This document shows positions 9,784 through 20,343 of a stretch of DNA of 64,000 bases, piece after piece. Origin of the DNA: Alphaproteobacteria bacterium (GTDB taxonomy: Bacteria; Pseudomonadota; Alphaproteobacteria; UBA828). The position numbers were made by a program, and so were the translations under genes. Below the pieces are notes generated by a model, which searched no databases, was not told the origin of the DNA, and worked only from the letters and a program-made list of their open reading frames with translations. The stretch's first letter is position 1. Every line of letters starts with the position of its first letter. The stretch lies in contig OZ243972.1 in assembly GCA_965214705.1 (NCBI GenBank), positions 288,001-352,000 of the forward strand, written 5' to 3'.

Positions 9784-9947
9784 GGGGCGGCGGGACGGCG
9801 ACGCCCCAGCCATCCCTCTGACGCCGGAGAGGCTGGCCAGGGAGAGTTGGAGAGTAGCTTGGAGGAGGGTGAACGGAGGAGATCAGGAGAGAGATCGATC
9901 CGTTCGACAACCTTCGTCAGCAACCTGGATGAACAGGAGACAAGACC

Positions 9948-9989
9948 ATGGCATTCGGACTGAACAGAGCCGAAGTGATCGGCCGTCTT
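9948..9989 (+). pseudogene. ssb: ssb 5' fragment, truncated after 14 codons (copy A)
   Basis: RBS AGGAGA; MAFGLNRAEVIGRL matches the N-termini of the ssb copies at 23208 and 53792, then similarity stops at AT-rich DNA. Confidence 0.88.
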
Positions 9990-10107
9990 CTCGTGAATCC
10001 CGTTTTCTCAATTTATGCATCTGTAACACACTTACATTAGGCGGATAATTAGAGAGCTTGCCTAAGCAATGCTTCTCTCCAAATCACAGTCAACACATGG
10101 TCAACAC
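9988..10107. mobile_element. Putative att junction / end of a second integrative element
   Basis: TTCTCG (CGAGAA on minus) at the ssb breakpoint, AT-rich stretch, tandem TCAACAC at 10090 and 10101; mirror image of 58867-58976. Confidence 0.55.
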
Positions 10108-10202
10108 GAAGGAGCAGAATCGACAATTTTCGATTTCGGCACGATCCACTAATATGACCCTGCCCCGTTTGCGCCGTCGCAAACAACGCAGGTCGGATCA
10201 CA

Positions 10203-11393
10203 ATGTCGAGCAATCCAAGCCGCGCGCCCCACGGCCGCACGATCAGAGACAGCAACGGATATGCCGCCTTCGCACCGGCACCGCTGCCTCCGCCGGTCGC
10301 ATGGGACGACGACCTCGTGGCCGCTCTCTCCACGGCGGATCGGGCCATCGGCCGGCTCGCGGGCGAAGGCAGGCGACTTCGCAACCCCCATCTCTTCGTC
10401 AAGCCATTCGTGCACCGCGAGGCGGTGCTGTCCAGCCGCATCGAGGGCACGCGCACCACCCTAGGCGAACTGCTCGTGGCCACGGCTGGTGGGACCAGCG
10501 CTAGAGCCTCCGCAGATCTCGAAGAGGTCGCCAACTATGTCGCTGCCCTCGAGCATGGATTGGAGCGTCTGTCCTCGCTGCCGCTCTCCCTGCGCCTCAT
10601 CAGGGAACTCCACGAACGCCTCATGCGCGGTGTGCGCGGAGACGCGGCGTTGCCCGGTGAGTTTCGGCGCAGCCAGAACTGGATCGGTCCACCCGGATGC
10701 AGCCTGAGCGAGGCCACCTACGTGCCCCCGCCCCCGACCGAGTTGATGGCGTGCCTCGATCCGTTCGAGCGCTTTCTCCATGACGATACGCTGCCCCCGC
10801 TGATCCATGCCGGCCTCGTCCACGTCCAGTTCGAGGCCATACATCCCTTCCTTGACGGCAACGGCCGCGTCGGCCGTCTGCTTGTCACGCTTCTTCTGGT
10901 CGAACGTGCCGTTCTTCCGTCGCCGCTGCTTTACCTGAGCGCCTACTTCGAGGCGACACGGGAGTTGTACTACGAGCATCTTCTGGCCGTGACACGGGAT
11001 GGAGCGTGGGAGCGGTGGCTGTGCTACTTCCTGCGCGGCGTCAAAGTCCAGGCCGAGGACGCGGTCGAGCGCATGGAACAGATCGACGGCCTTCTCGAGG
11101 ACTGGCGGGAAGAGCTTGGCGGCGCCCACTTGGGTCGACCCGGGGAAGTGTTGCGCCTGTTCGCCGAGAACCCGTTCCGGACCGTGAGGGGCGTTGCCGA
11201 GGAGTTGGGTGTCGCCTACACGACGGCCCAGCGCGCCGTCGAACGACTGCAGGTGGCGGGTATCGTCTCGCCGGTCGGCTCGGCGAAACGGAACCGCGTT
11301 TATTGCGCCCGGGATATGCTGGCAGTGCTGGAGGCGCCCCGCGCGGCGGCACGGTCGCTCCCGGAAGCGCTTCCCCCTCCAGAGACAGCATGA
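10203..11393 (+). CDS. Fic-family protein with C-terminal HTH
   Basis: Canonical HPFLDGNGRVGR motif; EAVLSSRIEGT segment. Confidence 0.95.
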   Translation: MSSNPSRAPHGRTIRDSNGYAAFAPAPLPPPVAWDDDLVAALSTADRAIGRLAGEGRRLRNPHLFVKPFVHREAVLSSRIEGTRTTLGELLVATAGGTSARASADLEEVANYVAALEHGLERLSSLPLSLRLIRELHERLMRGVRGDAALPGEFRRSQNWIGPPGCSLSEATYVPPPPTELMACLDPFERFLHDDTLPPLIHAGLVHVQFEAIHPFLDGNGRVGRLLVTLLLVERAVLPSPLLYLSAYFEATRELYYEHLLAVTRDGAWERWLCYFLRGVKVQAEDAVERMEQIDGLLEDWREELGGAHLGRPGEVLRLFAENPFRTVRGVAEELGVAYTTAQRAVERLQVAGIVSPVGSAKRNRVYCARDMLAVLEAPRAAARSLPEALPPPETA

Positions 11394-11439
11394 GCGACAC
11401 ACACTTGCCCTCGCCGACGATCGGCTGCCCGGCGCTGAC

Positions 11440-14400
11440 CTACACGCTTGCATGCTCGTCTGGCTCGAACACGAGCTCCGGCACGACCACCTCCCAGGTC
11501 TCGCATCTCGCATTGTCCCGATACTTGGGCTCCGATGCCTCGCGGCTCCACTCGACGACGGCAAAAACCCCGGCCGATCGGCAGCCCGTGCCTGCCGGCG
11601 GCTCAAAGCCGCTGGCCATGCGGCCCACCAGCATGCCCGCCCCGTCCACCAACTCCATCCTTCCGCTCTGCGCCATGCGCGTTTCCAGCGGGTCTCCGGG
11701 CGAGAGCGCAGAGATCGCGCGGTGGACGGGATGACGGGCGCGGTGCCGTCCTGCGAACCCGAGGTCCACCTCGCCGAGACCGGCGCGCGCATGGCGGCGG
11801 TGGAGAGCCTCGGGCGCGGGAGGGAGCTCGACCCGCTCCCGCTGCACCACCGAGGGGTTGCCCGACAGCGCGTCCTGCAATCGATGAGGACCCTCGAGGC
11901 GGGCAAGCGTGAGAGTGTGCCGGGCACGGGTCATGGCGACGTAGTACAGGCGGCGCGCCTCGTCGGGGTCTTCGCCCTGTCCCAGCCGGTTCCAGCCGCC
12001 GTCCAGCACGGCGACATGGTCGAACTCCAGCCCCTTGGCGCGGTGCGCGCTCAGCAGCAGCAGGCCGTGCTGGCGGCGACGGACGTCGCGGCCCCACTCG
12101 GCGAGCCACTCGATGAAGCGGTCAACCGGCATCTCCCCGGCGCCGGCCTCCAGCGCAAGCTCCTCGACGGCCTGCCGAAGCAGGTCGTTCCATGGGTCGG
12201 CCGGCTGCGATGACATCCAATCCCGCAAAGCGCCGGCATCGATCAAGCGCGGCTGCCGGACGCGCGCCCAAGCGACCAGCGCCCGGGTCTCGCGCAGGCG
12301 CCAGAAGCTCGGGATGTCTTCGTTGCCCATCTGCGCCGGTATCCCGTGCAGCTCGCAGAAGGCCCGCAGCGGCGCGAGGTACTCCCATGTGCGGGCGATC
12401 GCAGCGCAGCGCGACCAGTCCCAGCCGGGCGCGAGCGCGGCGAGGCGCCGGAACTCCGCCATGACGCATTGCGCCTGCGAGACGGCGTCCCCTCCCGCCG
12501 GCAGGATCTGCACCCTGCCGCGGGTTACGGGGTCCATCCCTTCCCACGGACCGCCCGGCGGATCCTTGGCCCGTGCCCGGTCGATGCGGATGGGATGTCC
12601 CGCCTTCATCCTCTCCCGCGCCGGCGCGATCACCGCGTTGGCCGCCGCCACGATATGCCCGCTCGAGCGGTAGTTCGACGTGAGGTACTTCGGCCGGGGT
12701 CCGTAATCCGCCTCGAACCGGCGGATGAACTCGACGGACGCGCCGTTGAAGGCGTAGACGTTCTGATCGTCGTCGCCCACCGCGAACAGGGTGAGCCTGC
12801 CAGCATCGTCCCCGAGCGTGCGCCCAGCGAGCGCCGATATCAGCTCGTACTGCTCCGGCCCGATATCCTGGTACTCGTCCACCAGAATCCAGCGGAACCC
12901 CGCCAGCAGCCGCTCGCGGCGCTCGTCCGCTTCCTCCGGCGGCAGGCCCTCTCCGCGCAGGAGCTCGACTGCGCGGCGGATCACCTCGCTGAAGGTATCC
13001 TCGTCCGGAGGCTCCTCCCGTCCGCTGAAGCTGGCCCCGGTCAGCCGCATCGCCAGTCCATGGCAGGTCAGAACGGTCACGCCGCGCGCGTTGTCGCCGA
13101 TCAGCCCGGCGAGGCGCCGGCGGATGTCGACCGCCGCGTGACGGTTGTACGCCAGCGCCAGGATGCCGCGCGCACTCTCCCGTTTCGCGCGGACGAGCCA
13201 GGCAATGCGATGCACCAGCACTCGCGTCTTGCCGGAACCGGGACCGGCCAGCACCAGCACATGGGCCTGCTCACGGTCGTCGGCGACGATGTCCTGCTGG
13301 ACCGGGTTCTTCAGGCTCTCGACGATGGCGCGCCAGGATTCGGGCGTGGTCTCGCGGCCGATCTCCTCGTCCCGCCCGGGCAGCCAGCACTCGAGGAACT
13401 CGTCCTCGCTCAGCGCAAAGTAGTCCATGGCCAGGCGCAGCGCGTCGCCCATCGCGGCGAGGCCGCGCTGGGCGAACTCCACCATCACGTGGATCTGCAG
13501 CACCTGCCCCTTGTAGTGAAGCGCGAGCGGCTCGAAGTCGGTGCCGGCGAAGCCGCGCCGCTCCCGCTGCTCCAGGCGGATCGTCATCGCCGGGCGGAAC
13601 ACCGCCAGCCCCTTGTTGAGGCGGATCACGTCCAGCTCGTGTAGCCAGAGCAGCGCGCGGTCCAGCAGCCTGGCGGTGTCCTTGACGCCGCTCTTCAGCA
13701 CCAGGTCCCCCTCGATCGCCTGCAGCAGGTTGCCGAGGGTGGTCTCCGCCAGAAGGTCCGTGCCATGGACGCCGGAAGGCAGGCAGCCGATGAGATGCTC
13801 CAGCAGGCGCACGGCGCCCTCGCGCCGGCGCCGCGCCGTCTCCTCCAGGGCTCCCCAGTCACGCTGCAGGGCAACCCGCACGGTCTCGGCATCGAGCTTC
13901 CTCACCGCCAGGCTTCCGCCTGCACCGTCCTCGCCCCAGCCGTCGTGGGCGATGCCCCGCACGATGCGCCAGAGCCGCTCCGGCAGAGGCTCGGGCAGGC
14001 CCCGGTCGCGCAGCACCTGGGCGGCGATGCGCAGGTGCAGGGATGAGGCGTCGCCCTTGCCCAGGTCCGGCGCCGCTTCGCGCATGTGGGAGATCAGCGC
14101 GGTCTCCAGCGCCGCCGCCTCATTCAGGCGCGTCGGCGAGGACCGCTCGACGCCCGCGTGCACGAACGCGGTCAGCGCCGTGTCGTTGCTGGCGATGCCG
14201 AGCCGCTCGAGATCGTAGAGCGCGGCGCGCACACCATCGGGACCGAGACCCGATGCCGCCATCAGCTCGTCGGTGGTGACGCCTTCGTCGGACGGGGCCT
14301 CGATCAGCGTCTCGGCGATCCGCAGCAGCTGCCCGCGATAGGGGTCCGCGATGTTCGCCCGCGCGAGCCGTCCCGCGGCTTGTTCAACCGAGTTCACGCG

Positions 14401-16662
14401 CAGCGAGGAGGGGAAAACCTCGACGAAGTTCTCCTCCCGGCTCAGCAGCTCCGCCTCTTCCAGCCAGGAGACGGCGGTGCGCACGCGGGTGTCGTCGGTC
14501 GCGCTGTCGCGCGCGAACGCCATGTCCTCGTCCTCGCCCAGGATCTCGCCCGCCGTCGCCACCACGTCCCCGCCGGAGCGCTTCTTCCGGTCCAGGTTGC
14601 GCAGCGCCCGCAGGATGCCGTGAATCTCCGCCCTGGTGAGCCGCGAGCGCGCCGACATGCCGAACTGGCGCTCCACGTCGTCCGCCGCATACAGCAGCAC
14701 GCAGCGCGCCGACGCCCGGTCGCGCCCGGCGCGGCCCGCCTCCTGGAGGTAGTTCTCCAGGGACCCCGGAATGTCCGCGTGGATCACCAGCCGCACGTCC
14801 GGCTTGTCGATCCCCATGCCGAAGGCGTTGGTCGCGGCGATCGCGCGAAGCGCGCCGCCGATGAAGCGCCGCTGCACGTCCTTCTTGGTCTCCGGAGGCA
14901 GGCCGGCATGGAAGCGGTCCGCCGCCACCTCCTTCGATTGCAGGTATTCCGCGACCTCCTCGCTCTGCCGCCGCGTCGCGCAATAGACGATCGCGCCGCC
15001 GGGCGCCTCCGGCGGCAAATGCGTAATCAGCACGCGGTGGATGTCGGCAAACTTCTCGCCGGACGACGTCGGGATCACTTCGAAAGTCAGGTTGGTGCGC
15101 TCCGCCCCGCCGTCGAACACGGTGAGCTCGATTTCGAGCTCGTCCCGGAAGTAGCGCACGATATCGCCGGTGACGTCCGGCCTGGCCGTCGCGGTCAGGC
15201 AGAGCACGGGCGGGATCGGCCCCGGACCGGCCTTCTCCCGGATGAAGCGGCCCACGTAGCGGTAGTCCGGCCTGAAGTCGTGGCCCCAGCGCGACAGGCA
15301 GTGGGCCTCGTCCAGAACCCAGGCACCGATCTCGCGCTGGTCGAGCGCCCGGCGAAGCGTGCGGGCGCGAAGCTGCTCCGGCGAGATCAGCAATATTCCC
15401 GCGTCTCCCAGCCGTACCCGGTCCAACGCGTCGACACGTTCGGGCATCGACTGCAGGCCGTTCACGGTCACGCACGAGCCGATCCCGCGCGCCTCCAGAC
15501 CCGCCACTTGGTCCGCCATCAGCGCGACCAGGGGAGAGATCACGACCGTCAGAGCGCCGGTCTTGTCGTAGCGGGAGAGCGCAGGGATCTGGTAGCAGAG
15601 CGACTTGCCGGTGCCCGTGGGCAGGATGCCGAGCACGTGCCTGCCCGCCAGCGCCGCTTCGACGATGGCCCGCTGCATGGGGCGTCCCTCGTCGTCCGCA
15701 GGCTCGGGACGGAAGCCGTCGAAGCCGAACCAGCGCTTGAGCTCCTTCCCGGCATCGTGCCGCTCGCGGCACCAGCCGCACTCCGAATCGGCGCAGGCCG
15801 CGTCCCTGAGGCGGCGCACCAGGCGCCCGGTCTCGGGGAACTGGTGGCGCACCCAGGGCGGCATGACGGAGTTGCCGCCGGCCACCGACAGCCATGCCAG
15901 CGCATAGGCCAACGCCCAGCCATGCTGTCGCGCTCGCGCCACCGCGTCGCGTCCGTGGGTCAGGCACGCGGCGCCTTCCAGCCGCCGGTACACGGCCGCC
16001 CCGGCCTCCTCCTCCGTGGGGCGGGGCGATCGGCGGAGATCTGCGAACGTCTCGTCCAGGGCGCGGTCGACTCCGGCGTGCTCCGGCGTGCCCAGCCAGT
16101 GCCACACCGTCAGCAGGTCGGCCGGAGCCTGCCCGAGCGCCCGCACCTGGTCGCCGAACACCTCCAGGGCGAGGCGGGCATCCAGCTCCGGATCGTTGAC
16201 CCGGCCGCGCCTGAGCCCGCCGTCCTGATAGTGCTTGACCAGATGGTGATAGGGATTGCGCGGAAAGGCCAGGGGGCTGAGGCGCAAGGTGTCAACCGCC
16301 GGCAGCGTCAGCAGCTTCAGATCCGGCTTGGCCGCCGCGAGATGGGGCAGGTCGAAGGCGATCAGGTTATGACCCAGCACGAAGTCCGCCCCCTCGGCGA
16401 GGCCGTCGAGCTTCGCCAGCGCACGCGCCAGTCCCGCGCCCGAGTGGACCAGGCGTTGGCCGGTATCGGGGCGGACCGCCCCGAAGGCGCGGATGCGGCC
16501 GTGCCGCCTGCCGACCTCCAGGTCGAGGGAGACGCAGCGGGGCCGGAAGGTAGTGGCTTCGTTCGCCGCCGCATCCCGCTCGGCCTCGACCACGGGCGAC
16601 TCACCCGCCAGCTGCTTGATCGCCGGTCCGGCGATGCCCCGCGGTTTGTCCTGGCCGTGCAA
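11440..16662 (-). CDS. Large RecQ-family + UvrD-like double helicase with N-terminal exonuclease-like region
   Basis: RecQ motifs PTGTGKS, DEAH, HDFRPDY, QEAGRAGRD; SF1 motifs AGPGSGKT, VDEYQD, GDDDQ, HRAKGLEFD, YVAMTRAR; N-terminal LDLE..GHN..FD..DTL. Confidence 0.92.
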   Translation of the reverse strand: MHGQDKPRGIAGPAIKQLAGESPVVEAERDAAANEATTFRPRCVSLDLEVGRRHGRIRAFGAVRPDTGQRLVHSGAGLARALAKLDGLAEGADFVLGHNLIAFDLPHLAAAKPDLKLLTLPAVDTLRLSPLAFPRNPYHHLVKHYQDGGLRRGRVNDPELDARLALEVFGDQVRALGQAPADLLTVWHWLGTPEHAGVDRALDETFADLRRSPRPTEEEAGAAVYRRLEGAACLTHGRDAVARARQHGWALAYALAWLSVAGGNSVMPPWVRHQFPETGRLVRRLRDAACADSECGWCRERHDAGKELKRWFGFDGFRPEPADDEGRPMQRAIVEAALAGRHVLGILPTGTGKSLCYQIPALSRYDKTGALTVVISPLVALMADQVAGLEARGIGSCVTVNGLQSMPERVDALDRVRLGDAGILLISPEQLRARTLRRALDQREIGAWVLDEAHCLSRWGHDFRPDYRYVGRFIREKAGPGPIPPVLCLTATARPDVTGDIVRYFRDELEIELTVFDGGAERTNLTFEVIPTSSGEKFADIHRVLITHLPPEAPGGAIVYCATRRQSEEVAEYLQSKEVAADRFHAGLPPETKKDVQRRFIGGALRAIAATNAFGMGIDKPDVRLVIHADIPGSLENYLQEAGRAGRDRASARCVLLYAADDVERQFGMSARSRLTRAEIHGILRALRNLDRKKRSGGDVVATAGEILGEDEDMAFARDSATDDTRVRTAVSWLEEAELLSREENFVEVFPSSLRVNSVEQAAGRLARANIADPYRGQLLRIAETLIEAPSDEGVTTDELMAASGLGPDGVRAALYDLERLGIASNDTALTAFVHAGVERSSPTRLNEAAALETALISHMREAAPDLGKGDASSLHLRIAAQVLRDRGLPEPLPERLWRIVRGIAHDGWGEDGAGGSLAVRKLDAETVRVALQRDWGALEETARRRREGAVRLLEHLIGCLPSGVHGTDLLAETTLGNLLQAIEGDLVLKSGVKDTARLLDRALLWLHELDVIRLNKGLAVFRPAMTIRLEQRERRGFAGTDFEPLALHYKGQVLQIHVMVEFAQRGLAAMGDALRLAMDYFALSEDEFLECWLPGRDEEIGRETTPESWRAIVESLKNPVQQDIVADDREQAHVLVLAGPGSGKTRVLVHRIAWLVRAKRESARGILALAYNRHAAVDIRRRLAGLIGDNARGVTVLTCHGLAMRLTGASFSGREEPPDEDTFSEVIRRAVELLRGEGLPPEEADERRERLLAGFRWILVDEYQDIGPEQYELISALAGRTLGDDAGRLTLFAVGDDDQNVYAFNGASVEFIRRFEADYGPRPKYLTSNYRSSGHIVAAANAVIAPARERMKAGHPIRIDRARAKDPPGGPWEGMDPVTRGRVQILPAGGDAVSQAQCVMAEFRRLAALAPGWDWSRCAAIARTWEYLAPLRAFCELHGIPAQMGNEDIPSFWRLRETRALVAWARVRQPRLIDAGALRDWMSSQPADPWNDLLRQAVEELALEAGAGEMPVDRFIEWLAEWGRDVRRRQHGLLLLSAHRAKGLEFDHVAVLDGGWNRLGQGEDPDEARRLYYVAMTRARHTLTLARLEGPHRLQDALSGNPSVVQRERVELPPAPEALHRRHARAGLGEVDLGFAGRHRARHPVHRAISALSPGDPLETRMAQSGRMELVDGAGMLVGRMASGFEPPAGTGCRSAGVFAVVEWSREASEPKYRDNARCETWEVVVPELVFEPDEHASV

Positions 16663-16681
16663 CGCCGACCCTCCGACTCAC

Positions 16682-18989
16682 CTAACAGGGCGCCCGGCGG
16701 CGCCGGCCGAGCCGGATCGAGCATCGCCCATGCCGGCCGGCCCCAAGGCCCGAACGCCGGGCCCGGCAGATCTCGCCGGCGTCGTCGGCCGTGCGGCGGG
16801 ATGCCGATCCGCCGAGCCATTCGTCGAGCTTCGACCAGCGCCGGCGTCCCGAGACGTTGCGCACCGCGATCGCCACCGCCTTCTTCTGTCCCACCAGCAC
16901 CACCAGCCGCTTGCCCCGCGTCACCCCGGTGTAGAGCAGACTACGCCGCAGCATCGCGTAGTGCTGCGTCAGCACCGGGATGACCACCGCCGGATACTCC
17001 GAGCCCTGGCTTTTGTGCACGGTCGCGGCATAGGCCGGCACCAGCGTGTCCAGCCCGCCGAAGCCGTAGACATGGTCGCGTCCGCTCGAAGCGTGCCGTG
17101 AGCTCCCCGGCCTCGGGGTCGACGTCGACAACCTGGCCGATGTCGCCGTTGTAGACCTCCTTGTCGTAGTCGTTCTCGATCTGCATCACCTTGTCGCCGG
17201 GCGCGAAGGTCCAGCCGAAGCGCTCCACCCTGCGCTCGCCGGCCGGGTTGAGGGCGGCCTGAAGCTCGATGTTGAGCGAACGCGCGCCCGCCCCGCCCCG
17301 GTTCATCGGACACAGCACCTGGATATCGCGTACCGGGTCGAGGCCGAAGCGCTTCGGGATGCGCGTCTTCACCAGCTCGACGATCCTGGCGGCGGCGGTC
17401 TCCGGGTCGTCCGCCGGCACGAAGTAGAAGTCGCTGTCGCCGTCGGGCCGTGACAGGTCGGGGATGGCGCCCCGGTTGATCCCGTGAGCCGAGGTCACGA
17501 TCCGGCTCCGCACCGCCTGGCGGAACACCTCGGTCAGCCGCGCCACAGGCACCGCGCCCGAGACGATGATGTCGGCGAGCACCTGGCCGGGTCCCACGGA
17601 GGGCAGCCGGTCGACATCGCCCACGATCAGCAGCGCGGCTTCGTCGGGCACCGCCGCCAGCAGCGAGCGCATCAGCGGGACATCCACCATCGAGGTCTCG
17701 TCGATTACCAGAAGGTCGCAGTCAAGCGGGTTGGCCGCATCGCGCCTGAAGCCGCCGTGCCCAGGGTCCACCTCCAGCAGGCGATGCACCGTCTTCGCCT
17801 CCATCCCGGTGGCCTCGCTCATCCGCTTCGCGGCGCGCCCGGTCGGCGCGCACAGGAGAATGTCCACGCCCTTGGCCGAGAGGATGCGCAGGATCGCGTT
17901 GACGATCGTCGTCTTGCCCACGCCAGGCCCGCCCGTGACCACGGTGGCCTTGGCGGTGAGCGCAATACGGACCGCGTCGGCCTGGCCCGCTGCCAGGGCA
18001 AGGCCGGTCTTCCGCTCGACCCAGGGCAGCGCCTTCCCGATATCGATGTCCGGCCAGGGCAGCGGGCCGGCCGCGATCCGCAGAATCCGGTCCGCGATCG
18101 CCTGCTCCGCCCGGTAGAGGCCCCCGAGGAACACGCAGGGGGTATCGGCCACCGTGTCCGCGACCACGCTGCCTTCGGCCAACTCAAGGTCGAGCGCGCT
18201 TCGGACCAGGTCGTCGGGAACCTCCAGAAACCGGGATGCGAGCGGCCCCAGCTCTTCCGCCGGCAGGCCGCAATGCCCCTCGTCCATCGCCTCGGTCAGC
18301 GCATAGGAGATGCCCGCTCTAACCCGAATCGTCGCCGTCTTCTCGATGCCGAGCTTCATCGCGATGGTGTCGGCGGTCCTGAAGCCGATCCCGCGTATGT
18401 CGCGGGCGAGGCGGTAGGGGTTCTCCGTCATCACCTCGATGGCGTCCGCACCGTAGGTCCTGAATATGCGCACCGCCCGCGCCGTGCCCACGCCATGGCC
18501 GTGCAGGAATACCATGATCTCGCGCGACGCCTTCTGCTCCGCCCACGCGCCGGTGATGCGCCCGGCCCGGACCTTCCCGATCCCGGTCACCTCGCGAAGC
18601 CGTTCCGGCTCCGCCTCGATCACGTCGAACATCTTCTCGCCGAAGGCCCGCACCAGCTTGCCGGCATAGACGGGGCCGATGCCCCGGATCATGCCCGAGC
18701 CCAGGTACTTCTCGATGCCCTCCACGGATGACGGTGTGGACGTGCGCACGAAGCGCGCCTTGAACTGGTGCCCGTGGGTGCGGTCGTTGACCCATTCGCC
18801 CGACGCCGTGATCCATTCCCCGGCTCCACCATCGCGGCTCGGCCCACCACCGTGACAAGGTCGCGATGGCCCCCTGGCCTTCGTCCTGAGAACGCAGAAG
18901 CCGTTCTCGGGGTTGTGGTAGGTGACGCGCTCCACCAGGCCGGCCAGGACCTCCCGCTCCTCGGACGGCCGCTGCCGGCCGGCGGTCAA
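16682..18989 (-). pseudogene. recD2: RecD2-like SF1B helicase, frameshifted as given
   Basis: HhH region, GGPGVGKT, CAPTGRAA, IDETSM; C-terminal [24 protein letters not shown] lies in another frame (shift near 17085); compensated indel pair near 18830-18875. Confidence 0.85.
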
Positions 18990-19080
18990 GCCGCGCCGGG
19001 CGCGGATTGCGCCGCCCGCTCCCCGTTGCGCGAGGCGGGCATGCGCGTGTCGTGCGCTGCCGCTCCGGCGTCCCTGCGGT

Positions 19081-19758
19081 TCAGCACGATGCCAGGGTCA
19101 CCATGACCTCGTTCCTGCGGAGCATCGGGATCGTCCAGGGCGGGTTGTAGCCTGCCATACGCCAGTCCCCCGCATGCTCCAGATCGCGCGCTTCGATCCA
19201 GCGCTCAAGCCGCTGCCGCTCCGCCTCGCCCGCCTCGTTGTCCAGCTTGTCGCTGAAGCGGATGCTCGCGACACAGCGCGCGCCTAGGTCCCTGACCGCA
19301 ACGCCGCCGTCCACCGGCGCCGTCGCGGCCGTGTACCCGTCCGGCAGGACGAAGCCGACCCGCCAGCCGCCGATGCCGGGGCCGGCCAGCGCCTCCGGAC
19401 TCTCCCCGTCATCGGCGCCGAGGTCCGGCTCCAAGACCGTCGTGCCCGTGTTCACTATCGCAGGCGCTGCCAGCACCGGCGCGGTCATCGCGATATCGGA
19501 GCCGCCCGCGTTGGCCCCCGTGATGTACTCGAACAGCCGCCGGAAGCCGGCGCCGACCGCCTCGTCGAACGAGCCCGCCGCAGCGGTCCACGCCATCGCA
19601 TGGCCGTCGTACTCGCGCATCTCGATGTCGCCGTCGGCAAGCACGATCCTGTACGGGGGTTCCTCGGCAGCCTTGCCGCCGAACACGGAACAGGCGCCCA
19701 GGAAGAACGGCCGTGCAATGGCGACCAATGCGCCTATCAACTTCGTTCGCATCGACAT
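19081..19758 (-). CDS. SOUL-family heme-binding protein
   Basis: EEPPY, EMREY, GFRRLFEYITGAN, IAMTAPV, YNPPWTIPMLRRNEV motifs; lipoprotein-like LGAC signal. Confidence 0.9.
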   Translation of the reverse strand: MSMRTKLIGALVAIARPFFLGACSVFGGKAAEEPPYRIVLADGDIEMREYDGHAMAWTAAAGSFDEAVGAGFRRLFEYITGANAGGSDIAMTAPVLAAPAIVNTGTTVLEPDLGADDGESPEALAGPGIGGWRVGFVLPDGYTAATAPVDGGVAVRDLGARCVASIRFSDKLDNEAGEAERQRLERWIEARDLEHAGDWRMAGYNPPWTIPMLRRNEVMVTLASC

Positions 19759-19929
19759 CGAACCCAACCTCCGCTCGGTGCGACCTCTCGCGCCGCGGCG
19801 ATGCGCCTCAGTATATGGCCTCCCGGAAGCGTCGTCCTACCCGTGCGACTTCGGCAATAAACAGCCCCCGGTGCTCGGTCGAATCGCATGCCGCGGGGCG
19901 CGACCGCGCCCGGACAGGCAGGAGACCCG

Positions 19930-20113
19930 TTCCCGCGCGCATTCCTCATGTCGCAGCCGAGAGCTGGGCTCCTTCCGGCCCATGACGAACGTGCCATAAT
20001 CCACTTGCGGCTCCGCCGCGAGCAGCATCCGCACTCGATGAGGCCGCGCGCCGTCGGCAGGTGTCAGGAAGCCGAACCCTTTCACCGGGTCGCATCACGT
20101 CAACCTCCTCATG
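19930..20113 (-). pseudogene. Cold-shock-domain remnant
   Basis: Minus strand reads LT*CDPVKGFGFLTPADG, an RNP1 motif with the Trp codon as TGA; similar to RGYGFLAPADG in 7394-8236. Confidence 0.6.
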
Positions 20114-20343
20114 AATGACCGAAGCGGCAGCCCCGACGACCTTGATGCCTGGCGCCCCGTCGCCGTCGTCGGCGTCTTTTCGCTGCACGCGCGCCGGAAA
20201 GAGAAAGAGCCAGCCGGAACGGGGCGGCGGGCGGGGCGTCCCGGCGAGGGGCGCGTCGTTCCTCGCCGTTCGGGACGATGGCAGGCGGTTGCGCTGCGGA
20301 GAATAGCCCCTACATTCGCCGCTAATCATGCGGAGTATGGACC

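Noticed and set aside
14086-16983. Very long alternative-frame ORFs (965 aa here; also 43240-45255, 55759-57936, 12346-13644)
   Set aside because: Shadow frames of real genes in high-GC DNA; no motifs, Arg/Pro/Ala-biased.
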